Of a stretch of DNA of 64,000 bases, positions 55,599-64,000 are shown one piece after another. Position 1 is the stretch's first letter. Each line of letters begins with the position of its first letter. A model generated the notes under the pieces. The model worked only from the letters and a program-made list of their open reading frames with translations, did no database searches and was not told the origin of the DNA. The stretch comes from the human T2T-CHM13v2.0 reference genome, Homo sapiens. Where the stretch lies: assembly GCF_009914755.1 (NCBI RefSeq), contig NC_060925.1; one strand, written 5' to 3'. A program made the translations under genes and the position numbers.

Positions 55599-58500
55599 GG
55601 GCTTAGGAGAAAAATTTCAGGGTAATCTTTTGTTGCTGCTTTTCTTCTGTTACTTTCAAAATGAGCAGATTTTCAGCAGATGGTGGTGGTGGTGACAGAA
55701 GTGCCTCTTTGTGCCTCCAGAAACTCAAGGTCTGCTCAGGCTTTTACCTTTTGACTTTTTCAACACCAAGAGGCCAGGCTAGTGGGTCTAGTGCCTGGAG
55801 TCACACAGCTGATTGAGAGGCTGTGTACACATCATATGCCATAAGGGATAAATGTGATTGACGTGTTTTTAATCATTTCGGCTTTATTGCTGTTTGTTCT
55901 GGTCAACCCCATTATCTAAATTAAGTTCATGCTTTACATAATGTCTCATTTCATAAAGTCAGAGAAAGCTTTTTAGTTAAGTCTCTCTACCTTTTTAGCA
56001 GGGCCTAGTGAAAAGGGATCTGGCCTGAAAGTGTAGAGCCCATGGGCCTAGGCAAGACAAACATGCTTCAAGCTCCTCATTCCGCAGCCTTGCTGGGTGT
56101 ATATGGGACCCTCCCATCTCTCTAATCCCTCCTGCTCCCTGCTCTTGCCCACACATCGCAACTCCCTGCTCCTCCCTCTCTTTAATCCATTTAGACCAAC
56201 TGAATTTTGTAGATTACATCCCTCTCCTTTTTTGGGACCTCACATGCAGAGGGTTGGGCATACCTTAATTTAAGGAAAACGCTCATCATTAATCTAAGCA
56301 AGGTTCCGCACTTGCTTTGTTTACTTATTTTCTTTTACACGAATTCCCCTTTTCCCTTGCCCTTCCCTGAAACAATCACTCTCTGATGTGTTTGCTGTAT
56401 TGGTGGACTTTTATGTATTTACAAATATTTAATTTATAAAGAGTATTTTGCTTGATATTCTCTTAACCTCCCTCTTAGAAGTTATTCTTTGACTCATTAA
56501 CCTAAAATGGCTTTTTATTGTCTACCAAATTCAGACATTCTAGGTTTCAATAACCCCACTTGATTTTTCAGAAGAAAGTGAAGGAACTGGGTCAGTGTCA
56601 CAGCCCGTGAGGGCAGAACTAGAACTGGAACCCAGGTTTCTGAATCTCAATTATGTCTGAGTCTCTCTACTGCCCCTTGAAAACCTTACATCTTTGGACT
56701 TTTCAGTTTAAAGAATTTCTTGCACTTTGGGGGTTTGCAAAATATAAGAAATCTGTGTAAAGTAAAATATGGAAACTGAAATGGGGGAAAGGAAGGATAA
56801 GAAAAAGGAATTGGGCATCTCAGAATACTCCAAGCGAAGCTACATCAATTCTCAATTTAGTTTCACTCAGTCTAACAAATATGGGTCAGGCCTTAGGCCA
56901 GGAGCTATTAATACAGCAAGACATATTCCTATCCTCAAGAAGCTCACTGTCTTGGAGAGGCAAACTTACAAATAAAGAGCCAAACAGTGTATCGGGGCTA
57001 TAATGGAGAGAATTCACGGAACACCATGAGGGCCAAAAGGTCAGAGAATTTAGGCCTCCCTGGAGTCCAGGGTTGTTGCTACAGAGGAGATGAGTAGGGG
57101 ACAAGCAGGTGGTCAAATCCAAAGTTCGTTCTGTGCAAGTTCAAATGCACGGCAGACACAGCCTGGTATGTTTGGGAAACTCTAGGTATTTCTTTCTGGC
57201 TGCTAATAACAAGGAGTTTGTCACTCCTTTTTTCTGCTTGGATTCATCATCTCAGCAAGCAGGTACTGAAACCACATGTTCCAGCTCTGGTCTGAGGTTG
57301 TAACTTGTGGCGAGCTTCAGCCCAGAAGAAAGGGCTTACTCCAGCGGGATACTTAGGCTTATCACATTTGGGCCAAATTTTAACCTGCATTGCCAAGAAG
57401 CTTCATCCAGTTAATGGTGGCTGGATGGGTAATGAGCCCTGTGATCTCTGGCTTGGTGCCTAACAATGTCATTGTTAAACCGGCTTCCTCAGCTCATTTA
57501 ACTTCCCACAGGCCTAGGGAAGGGCACAGTCTTTGTATCTATCTTTAGTTGGTACAACAGCCTCACTCTCAACTCACATGGTTCTAGCCAAGCCATAGCC
57601 TAGTGCCTTGGTGATAAGCACTAGAGCTGTCAGGCTGCACCGTCTGGAGATGAGCAATCTTTCATCCAGCCTGAGCTAGGTACCACTACTTTGTCGCCCT
57701 GTGCTTTTTGAGCAACTTAAGCTAGGCTCTGCTGCTCAGAGGTGAGAGTGTCTCTCTCTGTTCTGGATAGATCCCTAGGGGGTCATTGTTCTGCTCCCAA
57801 TAAGGGATACTGCTTCCTTCCTCACTCTAGCAGGACACCCACATGCCCTCCATCTCACGTGATAGACATTAGTGCCTCTGCTTCATTCCCTTTTCTCTTA
57901 TTTCTGGGATACCTTTTCCCTGTCCTCTCACTCAGAGGATAATTCCACTTTCAGCTGCAGGTCCATTGCCTAGTGAGGCCATGGCATATTGTATTTTCAT
58001 TCTGAGGCCAGACCCAACATTGCATCACTTTCTTTCACACAGCTCCAGCCCCACAGTGCATTAACAAGGAATGGTCTTTAACGATGGGCTTAGTGGGGAT
58101 GCTGGGGATGCTGTAAAGAGCATTTGCATTGTGCACCACAAGACAAGGTTTCTTAAACATTCCTCTCAGACATTAATTTTGGTTCCAAATTTATTTCTGG
58201 ATGGCAGCTGTCTCATTCTAATTTTTTCTTCCTCTATGGCCTCTAATCTATTCTGCTTATAAGCAAACATCTGCTTGCAGACACACAGAGCAAAGCAGAA
58301 TCCAGCCCAGCTAGCCCATAGCACTGTTTAGGAATGCATCTTGGAGGTCTCATGCTCAACTCTATCAATTTTTCAAGGTATTTATCCCCCACAAACAGTT
58401 CTCTGTTTAGGGGTAAATGAATAATTTGCTACTAAGAAAATATGATGAAAAAAAAATCCCAGATTTAGCCTGGTATTTAACTTGCTGCTTTCTGTCCTCA

Positions 58501-58810
58501 TGAGACTCTCCATGCTGTGAGCTTATAGCTTTTAAGGCCAATGACTCATTCAAGCAATATTTGTTGAAAGCCTGTGTGTCACTGTGTGTCAAGCTCTTGA
58601 TTAGGTGTGGAACATGTAGGGGTGTTAAGTAAAGTTTTTATCTTTATGAAACTGACCTTCTAGTGGGGGAGATAAACAAAAAACATGTAACAAGTAAATG
58701 AGTGAGGTAATTAGGGATGATGGTAAGCCCCACTTAGAAATCAATATTGGAATACTTAACTGAGTACCAGTTACTGTGTGCCAGGCCCTGTGCTAAGTGC
58801 TTTGCCCATT

Positions 58811-59134
58811 TCTATGATCTGAATGTTTGTGCTCCCCTCAAAGTTCATATGTTAAAGCCTAACTGCCGATGTGATAATATTATGAGATGGGGCCTTTGGG
58901 AGATGATTAGGTCGTGTGGGGGCAGGGGAGCCATCATCCACAGGATAAACGCCATTTTAGAAGAGGCCCCAGAGAGCTGCCTCATCCTTTCCACCATAAA
59001 AGGACACAAGTAGAAGGTGCTATCTATGAGGAAATGACTTCCCAGCCTCCAAAACAGTGAGAAATAAGTTTCTGTTGTTTATAAGCCACCCAGTTTATGG
59101 TATTTTGTCATAGCAGCCCAAACTTAATAAGAGA
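58811..59134 (+). mobile_element. MLT1A-type MaLR LTR with internal deletion, inside a MIR
   Basis: ctatgatctgaatgtttgtg...atagcagcccaaact. Confidence 0.75.
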
Positions 59135-59627
59135 CTCTTGTTAATTCACTTAATCTTTATGAGATTAAGGTACGTCTCTATCAACCCACTTTTGTAGCAA
59201 CCTTCTGAGGCAGGTGAAACAGATATTTTTATCTGCATTCTAAAATCTCATCAGAGAACTACTCAGCCAAAGCCACAGAGCTAGTAAATAGTGGGATCAG
59301 GATCTGGGTCTTTGTGGTTCTAAATCACACACCCTTAGTCACAACAATACTGTTTCATGTGTTGATGGGTTGATTAGAGAGCACTTTGACGGGAGAATAC
59401 TGACCTCTGAGGTTAGGGAGGGCTCTTGTAACATTACCTATCTATATGCTGTAATAGATTGCACATGCTCCCTGGTACTACAATTGTTAGTGTGTGTATC
59501 CATTTTTTTCCTTATGGCTGTAAGCTCATTGAGGAGCAAGAATTGTGGCTTGTGCATTTTGTGTGTGTCCCCTCTATTTGTAGCTTGGTGCCTAGACAAT
59601 GAACATTGAATTGGACTAAAAAGCTGT

Positions 59628-59920
59628 AGTAGCACTATCCAACAGGAATATCAAGCAAGCCATACATCTAATTTTAAAATTTCTAGTAGCCACAAGACAA
59701 AAAAGAAGAAACAATGAAAATTAATTTTAATAATATACTGTAATTTCAACATTCATCAATATGAAAATTATTGAGATATTTTATATTATTCTTTTCATAC
59801 TAAGTTTTTGAAATCTGGTATGTAATCTACACTTACTCCACATCTCAGTTGGGACTAGCCACATTTCAGTTGCTCATTAGCCACATACGTGGTTAGAGAC
59901 TATAGCACTGAACAGCACAG
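59628..59920. mobile_element. MER33-like hAT-Charlie element
   Basis: gcactatccaacagg...atttctagtagccac...tgaacagcacag. Confidence 0.7.
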
Positions 59921-62279
59921 AACAATATTCCTGAGATGAATGAGGTGTGGATGCACGCCAGGTAGACCAGACTAGGTGTTAGATATTCAAATTCCAAAAC
60001 CACTTTGGATCAAGCCCTTGAGACGTCTCATAGGAGCAAAGGGTCTTTTTCTATCACTGGCCTTAAAAGTGGGTACCCTTCTGAAGGTAGGAGTCAATGA
60101 GGCCTAATGGAAAAGGAATTAATTTTAGAAAGGTCTCTTATTAATTATGTGGCTTGGAACAAGTTACTGAATCCTTCTGAACCCATTTTCCTCCTCTGTA
60201 AAAGGTGGACCCAAAAAATCTCTTGTAGAGTTGAAATGTATTTACATGCCTGGCACCAAAAAAGCACCCAATAAATAATAGCTTTCATTAAATATTTTAT
60301 TTTGTACTATCAGATACCTTCTTTATTTAATAGACTAAAAGGCTGACAAATGAGATCCCTAGATGATATGCCATCCAACAAATATTAATAGAGTACCTAC
60401 CATGTCCCCAACACTGTTCCAGGCACTTAGGACATATCAGTGAACAAAATAGACCAGGAGGATGTGCTGTCCCAGACAATCAACACAAGGCTCTGATGTG
60501 AGTACCTCATAACACAATCTTCAGGCAAAACTAGCATTTTCAATATGAATCTCACATCAGAAGAGAAACAATGCTAGAGGTGCCGCAAGAACAGAGATCC
60601 TTTTGGCCTGTGTGTGGTACCTGTAAGGAAATACTGCACAAGCGCTGGCACTGCCCTACCCCATGAGTTCTACAAGGGGAGTGCAATGTTGTATGGGGTA
60701 CTGTAGCCATATTTACAAGTGGCGATTCTCCTTGGAATATCATTGTTATTTTAAGGTAAGTAATTTAAAATACTATTTTAACATGAAGACCAACACAGAA
60801 ATATTTTAAAGCTAAATGCAAAATTCACATACAGTTTTATAACATAACATCGACTCCAAAGAAATTTCTAGGTTGTGGTGAGCATAACAGGTCACATGAC
60901 AGGAATATTATGTATTGTGCTTTATTTTTATAAGGATACCTTAGTGAGAAATTCTGGGAAGAAGCACATTATTTATTTTTTGTTGTTTCTCTAATATATA
61001 GAAACTCTTTTGAACTCTGATATTGTAATTCAGGTTGTTTCTTAACCCCTCTGTCAGCAGAGCTTTGTGGACACCAGATTTAGAAAGAGGGTGTTTTATG
61101 GCTTGTTTACTTCAATCTGATGTCATGGGTCCGTGATTAGACTTCGTAGGTGCTCCAGTCTCTGCCTGCATTATAAATCAATAGGCTAGGACTTTTTAAA
61201 ATTCAATTCTATGTCACCTATATTCCTTGCTTCTCTTTTGCACAAAGTGAAATTGCCTAAAAGCTTCTAGAAGAATTAGGAAGCATGACCATGTTCAATT
61301 AAAATGAGTTTATCAGAGAGAAAGAACGTGGATTTTTCAAATCCCCCAGTGCTTGGCAATGCCCACAACTGCAACTGCTGTGGAGAGACTCCCAGCTCCC
61401 AGGGAGCCAGTGACCAGAGGACCTAGGTTTTAGGGCAACTTGTTAGAAGCAAGAGGCTCTTCTTTATTCTCTAATCAATTTCGTGGAGAAATATTCTTCT
61501 GTGCTTGCACTGAGAGCTTGAAACCTTGGCCAGTAAACACTGAATTCAAATCCACAGACTGTTTTTTAAAACATTTTTTCACTTAGTGATTGAGTCAGCC
61601 TTGTAGATGGCCTGAGTCCCTCTCAACCTGACCAAATGTGAAATAATAATGACTCACATTTGTATAATGGTTTATGAATGGCAAAGGTCTTGCTCACATG
61701 TTATTCTATTTTGTTCCCACAGCAACCATATGTGGCAGAGATTGATACATAGCCCCCAGTATCTGTCCCCTTATTCTTCCACTATAACATGAGCTGCATT
61801 TTTTATATGACTTTTCAGAATAAAGACACCTCCAGGCCATACATGACCATGGTGTTGCCATGTGTCTAAATTCTTGCCAATGTAATGTAAGAAAAAATGA
61901 TATGTGCAGTTTTTGTAATTCCCTTATGATTTCTTCTTTAGCCTTTTGGTTAGGAGTGTGTTGTTTAATTTTCTCATTTCGTGGATTTCCAAAATTTCCT
62001 TCTGTTTATAATTTCATTCTATTGTGGCCTGAGAATATACTTTGTATGATTTCAGGGTTTTAAAAAAATGTATTGAGACTTATTTTATGGTCTAACATAT
62101 GGTTTCTCCTGGATAATGCTCTGCTGCACTTGAGGAGATTGTATGTTCTGCCGTTGTTGGGTGGAGTGCTCAGTAGATGTCTATTAGGTCTTGTTGGTTT
62201 ATGTAAGTGTTCAAGTATTCTATTTCCTTGTTGGTTTTCTTTCTGCTTGTTCTATCCGTTATTGAAAGTGGGGTATTCA

Positions 62280-62572
<293 letters not shown>

Positions 62573-62709
62573 TCAAATATCTATTATCATTGAATTGTGC
62601 CTATTTTGCTCTTTAATTCTATAGTTTTTGCTACAGTAGCTAAGTTTATTGGTGTTTATGATTGTTATCTCCACTTGATGAGTTGATTTTTATTATTATA
62701 AAGGGTCCC

Positions 62710-63538
62710 TGTGGCATAATAAGAAAGATGTTTAGCCTTTGTCCCCAGTTTCTGGCACAGAGCTTCTAAGACTCTTGGAATTCTTTAAGCGATATGGATT
62801 TTGAACTGTCTTTTGTTCTAATGAGGTGACTCTTCTTGGAAGGCCACTAGATAGCTTCAGGAAGGGAGCTGGTCTCCAGAAAAGCCAAGTTTTAGAAGTT
62901 TCAGCCCCATACTCCAAACTCCAGGGAGAAAAGAAGGACTAGAGACTGAGTTAATCATCAATAGCAATTTAATCACAGACTATGATTTAATCAGTCGTGC
63001 CTATGTAATGAAACCTCCATAAGCTATTCTAAATGATGAGGTTCAGAGAGTTTCCAGATTAGTGAACACATCAAGAAGCTGAGAAATTTGCATGCCCAGT
63101 GTGGCATGGAAGCTCTGTGCCTCCCCTCTCCATACCCTGTCCTGTGTTTCTCTTTCATGCCTCAAAAAGTTGTATTCTTTGTTCCGATGTGTCTCCTTTG
63201 TAATAATTGGTGAATAGCAAGTAAAAACACTTTACTGAGTTCTGTGAGTTGTTCTGGCAAATTATCAAAACTGAGCTGAATGTGAGGCCATGGGGGAGGT
63301 CATGAGGAACCCCAGATTTGTAGCCATGTCAGAAAGAAGTCTGGGTAATCTGAGGATCTATGGCTAGTGTCTAAAGTGAGGGCAGTTTTGTGGGACTGAG
63401 CTCTCAAACCTGTGAAGTCTAATGCTAATTCTGTGCAGTTGGTGTCAGAACTAAATTGAATTATAGGACACTTAGTTGTTTGAGAGTTGAAGAAGTGTTA
63501 TTGCAAAAGACTACATATCTGGTGTCAGGAGGAAGAAA
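62710..63538 (+). mobile_element. MER21-like LTR
   Basis: ctttgtccccagtttctggcacagagct...tggtgtcagaa motifs typical of MER21. Confidence 0.7.
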
Positions 63539-64000
63539 GTCTTCAGTAACAATTTTTTCTTAAAGTCTATTTTGTTTGGATTAGCTCAGTCACTCTACTC
63601 TCTTTTGATTACTTGTTGTATGATACATCTTTTTCGAGTCTTTTACTTTCAACCTATTTGTGTCTCTGAATCTGAAGTGTTTTTCTCTAGACAACAAATA
63701 GTTGAATCATTTAAAAATTTGTTCTGCCAATCTCTTTCAATCTCTTTTAAGTGCTTAATGCATTTATATTTTATATAATTATTATACTTATTAATTATGA
63801 TTAATGCATTATAGTTTATATAGTTACTGGTAAAGGATTTAAATCTGACAGTCTTCATTTTCTACATGTCTTTTTTTGTTTGTTACTCCATTACTGTCTT
63901 CTTTTCTATTAACTAGATACTTTCTAGTGTACCATTTTAATTCCCTTATCAATGTTTACTATTTTTTTGAGTTATTCTCTTAGTGGTTGTCCTGGGGATT

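Overview
Primate (very likely human, chr1q23.3-like) genomic DNA, AT-rich and dominated by transposable elements. It holds one intact protein-coding gene, CCDC190 (C1orf110), on the minus strand: coding exons 12211-12025, 8320/8323-8197 and 7924-7330 give 301/302 aa through a NAGNAG acceptor, with a probable non-coding exon 1 ending at 13573. A decayed copy of the HSD17B7 terminal coding exon lies at 2000-2087 (+). Two strong same-orientation CTCF motifs sit at 591 and 6978. The remaining ~48 kb looks like gene desert: Alus, L1s (old L1M, an internally deleted L1PB, a twin-primed L1PA), MaLR/ERVL/ERV1 LTRs, a decayed ERVL internal region, DNA transposons, MIR and L2. I see no evidence of a wholly new biological system. 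The best leads are the HSD17B7 pseudo-exon, an orphan 185-bp polyadenylated retrocopy inside an MLT1 LTR, duplicated antisense splice donors in an L1 5'UTR that could supply an alternative first exon to CCDC190, and several template-switch scars. Gene and repeat subfamily names come from my recollection of consensus sequences, not from a database search.
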